A stretch of DNA of 64,000 nt from an uncultured Acidobacteriota bacterium. Lineage in GTDB: Bacteria; Acidobacteriota; Thermoanaerobaculia; Multivoradales; UBA5704. The stretch is taken from the NCBI GenBank assembly GCA_963700145.1, contig OY969474.1, positions 5,376,001 to 5,440,000 on the forward strand, read 5' to 3'. The notes under the pieces are model-generated. The model made no database searches. It saw only the letters and a list, made by a program, of their open reading frames with translations, and was not told where the DNA came from. A program made the translations under genes and the position numbers. The number at the start of each line of letters is the position of its first letter. Within the stretch, counting starts at the first letter, position 1. Shown here piece after piece: positions 48,018 to 56,356 of this stretch.

Positions 48018-48476
48018 ATGATCCGCCTGATCAAGCGCTACGAGAGCCGCAAGCTCTACGACACCGAGGAGAGCCGCTACGTCTCGCTGGAGGAGATCGC
48101 GGCCTGGGTCCGCCAGGGGCAGGAGGTGCGGGTGCTGGACAACGCCACCTCCGCCGACGTCACCGCGCAGACCCTGACCCAGATCATCCTCGACGAGGGC
48201 CGCCGCGGCACCGCCTGCCTCTCGTCCGAGCTGCTCCACGACCTCGTCCGCGCCGGCCAGCAGGCCGTGACCACGGGCGTCGAGCAGGCGCGGCACGGGG
48301 TGGACCGGCTCGTGCAGGCGTCCGTCGATCGGCTGGGGCCGGTGCGGCGGGCGCGCGAGGAGATGTCGCGGCTGCGCACCCGCCTCGAGGAGCTGGAGGC
48401 GACACTCGAAGGGCTGGAGACCCAGGGCGCGGCGCCCGGCGCCGCCGCCCCGCCGCGCTCCCGCCGCAAGACCTGA
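48018..48476 (+). CDS. PhaR-like polyhydroxyalkanoate regulator DNA-binding protein
   Basis: IKRYESRKLYDTEESRYVSLEEI...D....DVT...L.QII. Confidence 0.85.
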   Translation: MIRLIKRYESRKLYDTEESRYVSLEEIAAWVRQGQEVRVLDNATSADVTAQTLTQIILDEGRRGTACLSSELLHDLVRAGQQAVTTGVEQARHGVDRLVQASVDRLGPVRRAREEMSRLRTRLEELEATLEGLETQGAAPGAAAPPRSRRKT

Positions 48477-48507
48477 CCAAAAAACCGACTTTCAGGAGGG
48501 ATGGACC

Positions 48508-49026
48508 ATGAGCGACCCGAAAACCACCACCGCCGGCACGACCGGCAGCAGCACCGGCACGACCGGCAAGTTCCAGGATGAGCTGCTGGACAGCGCCCGC
48601 CGCGTCTGGCTGGCCGGCCTCGGCGCCCTGGCGACCGCCGGCGAGGAGGGCTCGCGCGCCTTCAGCCGCCTCGTCGAGCGCGGCAAGGACGTCGAGCACA
48701 AAAGCCGCGACACCGCCGGCACGGGCTTCGAGAAGGCCAAGGAAGCGGCCAAGAGCACCTGGAGCGACCTCGGCAACACCCTGGACGAGACGCTGACCGC
48801 CACCCTCCACCGGCTCGGCGTCCCCACCCGCGACGAGATCCGCACCCTGACTCAGCGGGTCGAGGAGCTGTCGGCCAAGATCGAGCAGCTCCGTTCCCGC
48901 CCGGCGTCGGCGGCCGCCGGCACGCATGCGGCGGAGAACGTCGTGGTGGACTCCTCAGGCAAGCCGGTCTCCAGCCCCGGCGCCGACGCGCCGGTCACCA
49001 AGCCGCCGCGCAAGACGTCCTCTTAA
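48508..49026 (+). CDS. Phasin / granule-associated protein (PhaF/PhaI-like)
   Basis: ARRVWLAGLGA...EEG...F..LVERG, LHRLGVPTRDEI..L..RVEEL. Confidence 0.88.
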   Translation: MSDPKTTTAGTTGSSTGTTGKFQDELLDSARRVWLAGLGALATAGEEGSRAFSRLVERGKDVEHKSRDTAGTGFEKAKEAAKSTWSDLGNTLDETLTATLHRLGVPTRDEIRTLTQRVEELSAKIEQLRSRPASAAAGTHAAENVVVDSSGKPVSSPGADAPVTKPPRKTSS

Positions 49027-49054
49027 AGGACAGTGGCGAGATGCAGGCTTCCTG

Positions 49055-49139
49055 CCCCCAGATCCTTCGCTACGCTGCGCTCCGCTCAGGATGACAACTA
49101 CACGTCATCCTGAGCGAAGCGAAGGATCTGGGCGGGGGG
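49055..49139. repeat. REP-like inverted pair
   Basis: CCCCCAGATCCTTCGC...CGCTCAGGATGAC followed by GTCATCCTGAGCGAAGCGAAGGATCTGGGCGGGGG. Confidence 0.85.
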
Positions 49140-50368
49140 TTCCAGCCGCGGCCCCACGGATCGGCCTCGCGCTCGCCAGCGGCGCACCGGAGGGCGCAAT
49201 CTACGAGATCGGCGCCCTCCGCGCCCTCGACGAGGCGCTCGACGGGCTGGACCTCAACCGGCTCGACATCTACGTCGGCGTCAGCGCCGGCGCCTTCCTG
49301 ACCGCCTGCCTCGCCAATCGCATGACGACGGCGCAGATGTGCCGCGCCATCGTCTCGCCGGAGCCGGGCGAGCACCCCTTCGTCCCCGAGACCTTCCTCA
49401 CCCCCGCCTTCTCGCTCTGGAAGCGCAGCGGCCTCGCCGTGCCGCGCCTGCTCTGGGAGGCGATCCGCGACTACCTGGCGGCGCCGGGCGAGCGCGCCGT
49501 GGGAGAGGTGCTGACGCGGCTGTCGCGCGCCTTGCCGGTCGGCGTCTTCGACAACGAGCCGATCCGCGCCTATCTCGAGCGGATCTACGCCCTCAAGGGC
49601 CGCAGCGACGACTTCCGCCGCCTCGGCCGGCGCCTCGTCGTCGTCGCCGTGGACCTCGACTCGGGCAAGGCGGTGCGCTTCGGCGAGCCGCCTTTCGACC
49701 ACGTGCCGATCTCGCGGGCGGTGCAGGCGTCGAGCGCGCTGCCCGGCCTCTACCCGCCGGTCGAGATCGATGGCCGCTGCTACGTCGACGGCGTGCTGCT
49801 CAAGACCCTGCACGCCTCGGTGGCGCTGGAGGCGGGGGTGGACCTCCTCCTCTGCATCAACCCGCTGGTGCCGGTGGACACGGTGCGCGCCGTCGAGGCG
49901 GGCTTGATGCGCCACGGCCGGCTGGTCAACCGCGGCCTGCCGACCGTCCTGTCGCAGACCTTCCGCACGCTGATCCACTCGCGCCTGGAAGTCGGGATGG
50001 CCGCCTATCGCACCCGCTACGAGGGGGCCGACGTCGTGCTCCTCCAGCCGCGGCGCGACGACTACGCGATGTTCTTCACCAACATCTTCGGCTTCGCCGA
50101 GCGCCGCCTGGTCGCCGAGCACGCCTACCAGGCCACCCGCCGCGACCTCCTCGCCCGCTACGACGAGCTGGCGCCGATCCTCGCCCGCCACGGCCTCACC
50201 CTGCGGCGCGACGTGCTGGAGGACGCCGAGCGCGACCTCTGGCAGGGCGTCGGGCTGGAAGCGGGCGCCAAGCGCAAGGCGAGGGAGCGGGGCCGGCGGC
50301 GCCCGGAAGCGGTCCACCGGCTGGACGAGGCGCTCGGGCGGCTCGAGGAGATGTTGGAAGGAGCCTAG
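49091..50368 (+). CDS. Patatin-like phospholipase/esterase (start uncertain)
   Basis: GVSAG nucleophile elbow, ASSALPG, YVDG; the nearest in-frame ATG lies inside the repeat. Confidence 0.85.
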   Translation: MTTTRHPERSEGSGRGVPAAAPRIGLALASGAPEGAIYEIGALRALDEALDGLDLNRLDIYVGVSAGAFLTACLANRMTTAQMCRAIVSPEPGEHPFVPETFLTPAFSLWKRSGLAVPRLLWEAIRDYLAAPGERAVGEVLTRLSRALPVGVFDNEPIRAYLERIYALKGRSDDFRRLGRRLVVVAVDLDSGKAVRFGEPPFDHVPISRAVQASSALPGLYPPVEIDGRCYVDGVLLKTLHASVALEAGVDLLLCINPLVPVDTVRAVEAGLMRHGRLVNRGLPTVLSQTFRTLIHSRLEVGMAAYRTRYEGADVVLLQPRRDDYAMFFTNIFGFAERRLVAEHAYQATRRDLLARYDELAPILARHGLTLRRDVLEDAERDLWQGVGLEAGAKRKARERGRRRPEAVHRLDEALGRLEEMLEGA

Positions 50369-50372
50369 AGGC

Positions 50373-50876
50373 TTGCAGCCTTCGCTGCTGTCCCGGAGCT
50401 TCACAATCCTGCGGGGCGTGGTCTACTCCGCGGCCTTCTTCTGGCTCTGGGCGTGGCTGGCCATCGCGGTGAGGCCCTTCGACGAGAGGCTCCCGGTGTC
50501 GCTGCCGCTCTGGCTCCGCCCGGTCGGCTACCTGCTGGCCGCCGCTGGCGCGCTGCTCGCGGGCTGGTGCATCGCGACCTTCGTCACCCGCGGCCGCGGC
50601 ACGCCGGCCCCCTTCGACCCGCCGCGCGAGTTCGTGGCCTCCGGCCCCTACCGCTGGGTGCGCAACCCGATGTACGTCGGCGGGGCTGCCGTGATGCTCG
50701 GAGTTGGTCTCGTCGTTCCCTCGCCTTCGATCGTCCTGCTCGCCCTCGGGTTCCTGGTGCTCATGCACCTCTTCGTCGTCCTCTACGAGGAGCCGACGTT
50801 GGCTGACAAGTTCGGCGCCAGCTACCAGCAGTACCGATCGTCGGTCCACCGCTGGCTCATCCGCAAACCGGGGTAG
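50373..50876 (+). CDS. Isoprenylcysteine carboxyl methyltransferase / PEMT family protein
   Basis: GRGTPAPFDPP, GPYRWVRNPMY, EE..L..KFG..Y..Y. Confidence 0.88.
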   Translation: MQPSLLSRSFTILRGVVYSAAFFWLWAWLAIAVRPFDERLPVSLPLWLRPVGYLLAAAGALLAGWCIATFVTRGRGTPAPFDPPREFVASGPYRWVRNPMYVGGAAVMLGVGLVVPSPSIVLLALGFLVLMHLFVVLYEEPTLADKFGASYQQYRSSVHRWLIRKPG

Positions 50877-50885
50877 GAGGAACCC

Positions 50886-51365
50886 ATGGCTGTCGACGTC
50901 AAGGCGATTCCCGAGGGTGCCTCGGTCGTGATCCCGCGGCTGGTCTGCCGCGACCCGGCCGCCGCCATCGACTTCTGCGTCAAGACGTTCGGAGCGATCG
51001 AGCGCGGCCGCCGGCCCGGCCCGGACGGGGCCGTGGCGCACGCCATGCTGACCATCGGCCCGGCGATGCTCATGATCGAGGCCGAATGGCCCACGCTGAC
51101 CAGTCGTGCGCCCCAACCCGACGGCAGCTCGCCGGTGGTGATCTATGTCTACGTCCCGGACGTGGACGAGACGGTGGCGCGGGCGCTCGCCAACGGAGCG
51201 CAGGTCCTGGTGCCGCTGCAGGACCAGTTCTGGGGCGACCGCATCGCCTGGATCATGGACCCCTCCGGCCACGTCTGGACCGTCGCGTCGCGGATCGAGG
51301 AAACGTCGGCAGACGAGAGAACCGACCGTTGGGCCAACATCTTGGCTGAAAAAGAGGGCGCCTAG
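50886..51365 (+). CDS. VOC/glyoxalase (PhnB-like) protein
   Basis: AAIDF...FGA, HA.L.IG, DQFWGDR, DPSGHVW. Confidence 0.9.
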   Translation: MAVDVKAIPEGASVVIPRLVCRDPAAAIDFCVKTFGAIERGRRPGPDGAVAHAMLTIGPAMLMIEAEWPTLTSRAPQPDGSSPVVIYVYVPDVDETVARALANGAQVLVPLQDQFWGDRIAWIMDPSGHVWTVASRIEETSADERTDRWANILAEKEGA

Positions 51366-51456
51366 GCGAACAGCGTAACGTCCGCCCGCGCGCCCACGGA
51401 ATTCGCGCCTCCTCCACGGTCTTCGCCGGCGTCCCACGGAACATCTTCCGTGCCCG

Positions 51457-51657
51457 GAGATTCATCTCGGACGCTCGGAGATAAATCTCCTATAGACCGA
51501 GATCTATCTTTCCGGCCGGAAGATAAGACTCCCATGCATCGAGATCTATCTCCTGGGCTCCGAGTTCTATCTCCGGCGCTCGGAAATAGATCTTCCGGAC
51601 CCCGAGATCTATCTTCCGCCGTCCGAGATAGATCTCGAGCAGCCGGAGATGAATCTC
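51457..51657. repeat. Tandem array of ten 21-bp units: 12-bp palindrome GAGATNNATCTC plus 9-bp variable spacer
   Basis: Cores start at 51457, 51478, 51499, 51520, 51541, 51562, 51583, 51604, 51625, 51646. Confidence 0.92.
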
Positions 51658-51743
51658 CAGCGCCTCCAGAACCGTGGTCTGGACCTCACAGGTGTAACGC
51701 CCGCTCGTCCGGGAGAGCCTATGTGGGCAAGGAGGCTCTACGC

Positions 51744-52154
51744 ATGCGACACAAAGCACGGCACTTCGTCCGGAGAAGCGCTCTCATCCTGGGGGCGGCC
51801 GCCGTCCTGGCGCTTCTTCCGCTCAGCGTCCAGGCAGACCCGATCCAGGACGGCGCCCTTGCGCCGTACCGCGCCGGCTGGTTTGCGAACAACGGCCCGG
51901 GCGGTCCGTTGACCTGCTCCGAGACCTGCAAGGCGAAAGCGCCGGGCACGCTCGCCGAGTACGAAGCGACCTTCGTGTCGGTGACCAAGCGGGCCTTTGT
52001 GTGCCGCGTGGCGGGGAGGCCCAAGGGCGACATCCGGACCTGGCTCTACGGCAGCCAGTTCGACGACCGCGCCGCCTGCTATACGACGGGGCTCGACCTC
52101 AAGGGGTCCTACAACGAGAGGTACTTCTGCCTTTGCGTCGCCAAGCCGGGGTAG
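51744..52154 (+). CDS. Small secreted Cys-rich hypothetical protein
   Basis: SD AAGGAGG; signal peptide ending VQA; six Cys (CSETC, FVCR, ACY, FCLC). Confidence 0.75.
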   Translation: MRHKARHFVRRSALILGAAAVLALLPLSVQADPIQDGALAPYRAGWFANNGPGGPLTCSETCKAKAPGTLAEYEATFVSVTKRAFVCRVAGRPKGDIRTWLYGSQFDDRAACYTTGLDLKGSYNERYFCLCVAKPG

Positions 52155-52220
52155 GCCGGATGATGCCCGGCGATAAGCTGCTTGAAGTCAACGGCTAAAA
52201 CCACACACTGAGGAGAGGTT

Positions 52221-52511
52221 ATGAAAACGCGTCTGTTTACCGTCTTCGCCATCGTAGCCTTGATTGTCGTTGGTTACCAATCAGCGCAAGCGGCTCAGGT
52301 CCTTGGGCAAAAGAGGATCGACATCTTGAACCGGACCAGCATTAGGTTCTTTGTCACCGATCCTACAGGTAAGGGACTTGACCCCAAGCTCGGCTTTACG
52401 GCCAAGGGAAAGAGATCAAAGGGCACGAAATGTTATCTGTGTAGCGGTAACCCGAAGATTTGCTCGGAAATTTCTTGTGATGAAATAGTGGTCGTCAACA
52501 CGGCGGATTGA
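52221..52511 (+). CDS. Small secreted lower-GC hypothetical protein with four C-terminal Cys
   Basis: SD GAGGAG; signal peptide ending AQA; KCYLC...ICSEISC. Confidence 0.65.
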   Translation: MKTRLFTVFAIVALIVVGYQSAQAAQVLGQKRIDILNRTSIRFFVTDPTGKGLDPKLGFTAKGKRSKGTKCYLCSGNPKICSEISCDEIVVVNTAD

Positions 52512-52571
52512 TAAGAAAGGAATGGTAGCGGGGTGGGGTGACCGGAAGGACACCGGCACGTGGGCCGGGCG

Positions 52572-53306
52572 CTACGGGGCCAGCCGCTTGCCGATCGCGT
52601 CGGCGGCGTAGAGGACCAGCGAGCAGCCGAGGGGGAAGAGCACCTCGTTGATGCCGCGGGAGAGGAGGCTCACGAGGTCGGCCTTCGCTCCCGCCGCCAC
52701 GGTCACGCCGAGGATCGTGCCGCCGAAGACGAGGCCGGTGAGGAGCCCCAGCGCGACGTAGCTCCCTAAGGACCCGCGCGCGCCCTTGCCGAGGCGGCCG
52801 AGGGCCGCGCCGAGGAAGCCGAACTCGATCGCCTTGAGCAAAGCGAGGAGGAGGGGCGACGGTCCCGCCGCCACGGTGCCGGCCAGCCCCATCGCCACCG
52901 CCACCCCTTTGTGCAGCGACTTGGCGGCGGTGAAGGCGACGGGCGCCGAGATCAGGCCCAGGAGGCCCATTACCGCCGAGCGCGCCTTTCCCGCGGCGGT
53001 GCCGAAGGCGAGCCCGACGCAGACCAGGAACGACCAGGAGACCTTCTGCGCCAGGTCGGCGACGAAGGGCTTGGGGCTCGATCCCTGCGTGCCCGAGTAG
53101 GCCGCGGCGGTGAGGACGAGCACCTCCAACGCCACTCCCAGCCCGATCGACAGCCAGGCGACGCGCAGCACTGTGCGCATCAGCTCGTTCGTGGAGGAGG
53201 AGATGGTGGGCGCGGCGGCGCGCCCGGCCACGGCGGGCGCCGGCTCGTACGCCGGCCGAGAAGCCGGCGGCGGTGTATCGACGGACTCGTGCTGCGGCTC
53301 CGTCAT
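52572..53306 (-). CDS. Hypothetical multi-pass membrane protein
   Basis: About 6 hydrophobic segments, host-like codon usage. Confidence 0.75.
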   Translation of the reverse strand: MTEPQHESVDTPPPASRPAYEPAPAVAGRAAAPTISSSTNELMRTVLRVAWLSIGLGVALEVLVLTAAAYSGTQGSSPKPFVADLAQKVSWSFLVCVGLAFGTAAGKARSAVMGLLGLISAPVAFTAAKSLHKGVAVAMGLAGTVAAGPSPLLLALLKAIEFGFLGAALGRLGKGARGSLGSYVALGLLTGLVFGGTILGVTVAAGAKADLVSLLSRGINEVLFPLGCSLVLYAADAIGKRLAP

Positions 53307-53316
53307 CCCGCGGATC

Positions 53317-54498
53317 TTACTCCCGCAATCCCTGCACGGCGCGCTCCCCGCGCGCGCTCTCGGGCAGCGGCCGGTCCTTCAGATGCCAGTGAAACGTTCC
53401 TTCCTGCGCGCGCCGCGCGGCGGGCGTGAGCCCGCGGTAGCCGCAGGGGGGGCGGCGGAGGTGCCGCGTCAGGCCGAGGAGCGGCCAGCCGAACGGCAGG
53501 TAGAACCCGAGCAGGTCCCAGTCGCGCAGGATGGCGTGGAGGCGGTTCCGCGCCGGCGGGCGGCGGCGGTTGCGGTCGTGGCACACGAAGGAGACCGGCC
53601 AGCCGCTCGGCAGGAGCGCGAGGAGCTTCCGCCGCGCCGCCCACAGCTCGCGGCGGAGCGACGGCGCGTCGTACGGCCGGCGGCCGTAGGCCGCGACTTG
53701 CCGGTCGAGCTCCGCCTGGCAGTCGCGGCGCACCCCGTCGGCGACCTCGCGGAGCTTGCCGCGGTCGGGGTCGTCGAGGTCGATCCCCGCCGCGCGCGTC
53801 CGCGCCGCCATGTCGATGGGGTCGCCGACGACGAAGACCATCCGCGCCGGCAGCGTCAGGTACCACATCCAGGGGAAGAGCAGGGCGAGCGGCGCCGCCG
53901 GCAGCGGCAGGAAGGGCACGCGGAAGAGCCGCTGCATCAGGCCGTCGAGCGCCGGCACGGTGAAGCAGAAGGGGATCACCCACTCGGCGTTGACGATCGA
54001 GATCGGGTAGACCGGCGCGCCGTGGCGGGCGGCGAGGATGACGAAGCTCGTCGAGTAGCGCTGGAGCTGGTAGCGGCGGAAGAAGCCCTTGCCGATCCCC
54101 GGCACCCCTTCGGGGTAGTAGATCAGCCGCTCGCCGCGCGCCAGCAGGCGGTCGAAGTTGTCGAAGGTCAGGTCGATGCCGCCGCAGCGGCGCCAGAAGT
54201 TGTCGAGCCCGAAGGGGCGCATCCACCAGGTGACCGCCAGCTCCTTCTCGAAGACCGAGCGGAGCTTGGCCTCCGGCCGCAGCCCGTCGCGCCGCCAGAG
54301 CAGGCCCTCGAGCACCATGCCGTCGTAGGGGAAGGCGTTGCCGCTGTGGTTGGGGGCGAGGACCAGCGGCCCGCCCGTCGGGATCTTCTCGCCGCCGACC
54401 AGCTCGGCCCGGAAGTAGTGCCGGACGATCGGGCCGAAGACCTCCTGGATGATCGAGGCGGTGTAGTCGGGGTCGAACGGCTCGTAGGGCGCCGTCAT
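53317..54498 (-). CDS. PlsC/DGAT2-like lipid acyltransferase
   Basis: NHSG...YD (Hx-D) and YPEG motifs; ATG overlaps the upstream kinase stop. Confidence 0.8.
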   Translation of the reverse strand: MTAPYEPFDPDYTASIIQEVFGPIVRHYFRAELVGGEKIPTGGPLVLAPNHSGNAFPYDGMVLEGLLWRRDGLRPEAKLRSVFEKELAVTWWMRPFGLDNFWRRCGGIDLTFDNFDRLLARGERLIYYPEGVPGIGKGFFRRYQLQRYSTSFVILAARHGAPVYPISIVNAEWVIPFCFTVPALDGLMQRLFRVPFLPLPAAPLALLFPWMWYLTLPARMVFVVGDPIDMAARTRAAGIDLDDPDRGKLREVADGVRRDCQAELDRQVAAYGRRPYDAPSLRRELWAARRKLLALLPSGWPVSFVCHDRNRRRPPARNRLHAILRDWDLLGFYLPFGWPLLGLTRHLRRPPCGYRGLTPAARRAQEGTFHWHLKDRPLPESARGERAVQGLRE

Positions 54499-56222
54499 TT
54501 GCGACGCAGGGCGGTCAGGATCCCGACCACGAAGAGCGCCACCCAGATCGGCCAAGGGCCGTCGGCGCCGGCGAGGACGGCGCCGGCGATCAGGCAGAAG
54601 CCGCCGAAGAGGGTGCCGCGCAGGCCGGTCAGCGGGTTCTCGGGGTGGCGCTGCGTCGCCTGCTGGAGGAGGCGCAGGCCTTCGGTCACCAGCATCGGCG
54701 ACTTGACGATGGCGTCGAGCAGCTCGGGGGCGCCGCGCAGGCTCTCGCGGCCGATGCGCAGCGGGTTGAACTGGTCGAGGAAGATGCGGTGGATGTGCTG
54801 CTGCGACACCGCCGCGACGTCCATGCCCGGCTTGAGGATCTGTCCCACGCCCTCGAAGGTGATCAGCGCCTTGACCATCAGCACCATCTCGACCGGGAAG
54901 TACATCCCGTGCTGCGCTCCCTGGTTGACCGACTGCAGGATGAGCTGCCCGAGCGAGAAGTCGCGGAAGCTGGCGCTGCGGTGCCAGCGGACGAGGATCT
55001 CGGTGACTTCGCGGCGAAAGCCGGTCGGGTCGGCGCCGGGCCCGGGCTGCGCCACCGCGGCGAGATAGCGGGCGGCGTTCTCGGCGTCGCCGAGGACGAG
55101 CGTGTAGTAGTAGTAGAGGAGCGTCCGCCGCAGGTCGCCGTCGAAGCGCCCCACCATCCCGAGGTCGATGAAGCCGGCCTTGACCGCGCCGGCGCGCCCG
55201 CCGCGCAGGATGAGGAGGTTGCCGGGATGGAGGTCGGCGTGGAAGAAGCCGTCCTTGAACAGCATGCGGATGATCGCCGCGGCGCCCAGGTCCACCAGCC
55301 GGTCGCGCTCGGCCTCTGTCAGCTCCTCGATCCGCGGGTCGCTCGGCTTGAAGCCGTCGAGGAACTCCATGCACAACACGCCGCGGCCGCTGTACTGGCG
55401 GTAGATGCGCGGGAAGACGACGTCCGGCAGGTCCTTGAAGTTGGCGGCGAAGGTCTCGGCGTTGTCGGCCTCACGCCGGAGGTCCACCTCGCGCCGGGTG
55501 TACTCGACGAACTCGGCGATCACCTGCCGCGGCCGGTAGCGCGGCAGCAGGAGCTGGAGGAAGGCGCCGAGGATGCCGAGCAGCTTGGCGTCGCGCGTCA
55601 GGGTCTCGCGGATGCCGGGCTTGACGACCTTGAGGATGACCGTGTCCCCTTCGCGCGTCGTGGCGCGATGGATCTGCGCGATCGAGGCCGAGCCGATGGG
55701 GTGGGGATCGACCCAGGAAAACATCTCGTCGACCGGCCGGCGGAGGTCGGCGGCGACGAGCTCGAGATAGCGCGGGAAGGAGACGACCGGCAGGCGGTCG
55801 AGGAGGTTCTTGAGCTCCTCGGTGACCGCGGCGGGGAGGAGGTCCTGGCGCAGCGCCAGCACCTGCCCCAGCTTGATGTAGGTGGGCCCCAGGACCTCGA
55901 GCCGCCGCCGGAGCTGGACCGGGAACGGACGATCGGAGATCGACTTGTCGAGGACGGGAGAGGCGAGCGCGGCGAGGAAGCGGGCGATGCCGTGGAGGAG
56001 CCGCGAGCGCCGCTTCGGCGGGAGGTCCGCCTCCCCGCGCCCGTAAGCGGCGAGCCCGCCGAAGAGGAGGCCGAAGAGGTGGCGCTGGGTGGTGAAGAAG
56101 CGGCGCACCAGCCCGGCCGGCGGGTGGTCGGGGAGGAGCTCGAAACCGCCGAGGTCGTCGGGAGGGGGAGGCGCCGGCTCCGCGGGCAGGGCGGCCGTGA
56201 CCGGTGGAGGCTCCGCCCGCAT
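54495..56222 (-). CDS. ABC1/UbiB/AarF atypical kinase
   Basis: LGPTYIKLGQ, SASIAQIH, FFHADLHPGN, IDLGMVG; C-terminal TM helices. Confidence 0.92.
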   Translation of the reverse strand: MRAEPPPVTAALPAEPAPPPPDDLGGFELLPDHPPAGLVRRFFTTQRHLFGLLFGGLAAYGRGEADLPPKRRSRLLHGIARFLAALASPVLDKSISDRPFPVQLRRRLEVLGPTYIKLGQVLALRQDLLPAAVTEELKNLLDRLPVVSFPRYLELVAADLRRPVDEMFSWVDPHPIGSASIAQIHRATTREGDTVILKVVKPGIRETLTRDAKLLGILGAFLQLLLPRYRPRQVIAEFVEYTRREVDLRREADNAETFAANFKDLPDVVFPRIYRQYSGRGVLCMEFLDGFKPSDPRIEELTEAERDRLVDLGAAAIIRMLFKDGFFHADLHPGNLLILRGGRAGAVKAGFIDLGMVGRFDGDLRRTLLYYYYTLVLGDAENAARYLAAVAQPGPGADPTGFRREVTEILVRWHRSASFRDFSLGQLILQSVNQGAQHGMYFPVEMVLMVKALITFEGVGQILKPGMDVAAVSQQHIHRIFLDQFNPLRIGRESLRGAPELLDAIVKSPMLVTEGLRLLQQATQRHPENPLTGLRGTLFGGFCLIAGAVLAGADGPWPIWVALFVVGILTALRRK

Positions 56223-56248
56223 GGTCCGGAAGGTTACCTTGTTTCCCG

Positions 56249-56340
56249 TTGTCATCCCGAGCGTAGCGAGGGATCTGGGCGGGGGCTGCCTGAACTCGCC
56301 ACTCCCGCCCCCAGATTCCTCGCTGCGCTCGGAATGACAA
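56249..56340. repeat. REP-like long hairpin (inverted pair)
   Basis: TTGTCATCCCGAGCGTAGCGAGGGATCTGGG ... CCCAGATTCCTCGCTGCGCTCGGAATGACAA. Confidence 0.85.
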
Positions 56341-56356
56341 GGCGAGGGGTACAACC

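Noticed and set aside
51457-51657. CRISPR or TIGR-type guide array interpretation of the 21-bp arrays
   Set aside because: Repeats of 12 bp or less and 9-bp spacers are far too short for CRISPR; there is no alternating dual-repeat or box C/D pattern, and no cas or Nop-domain gene in the window
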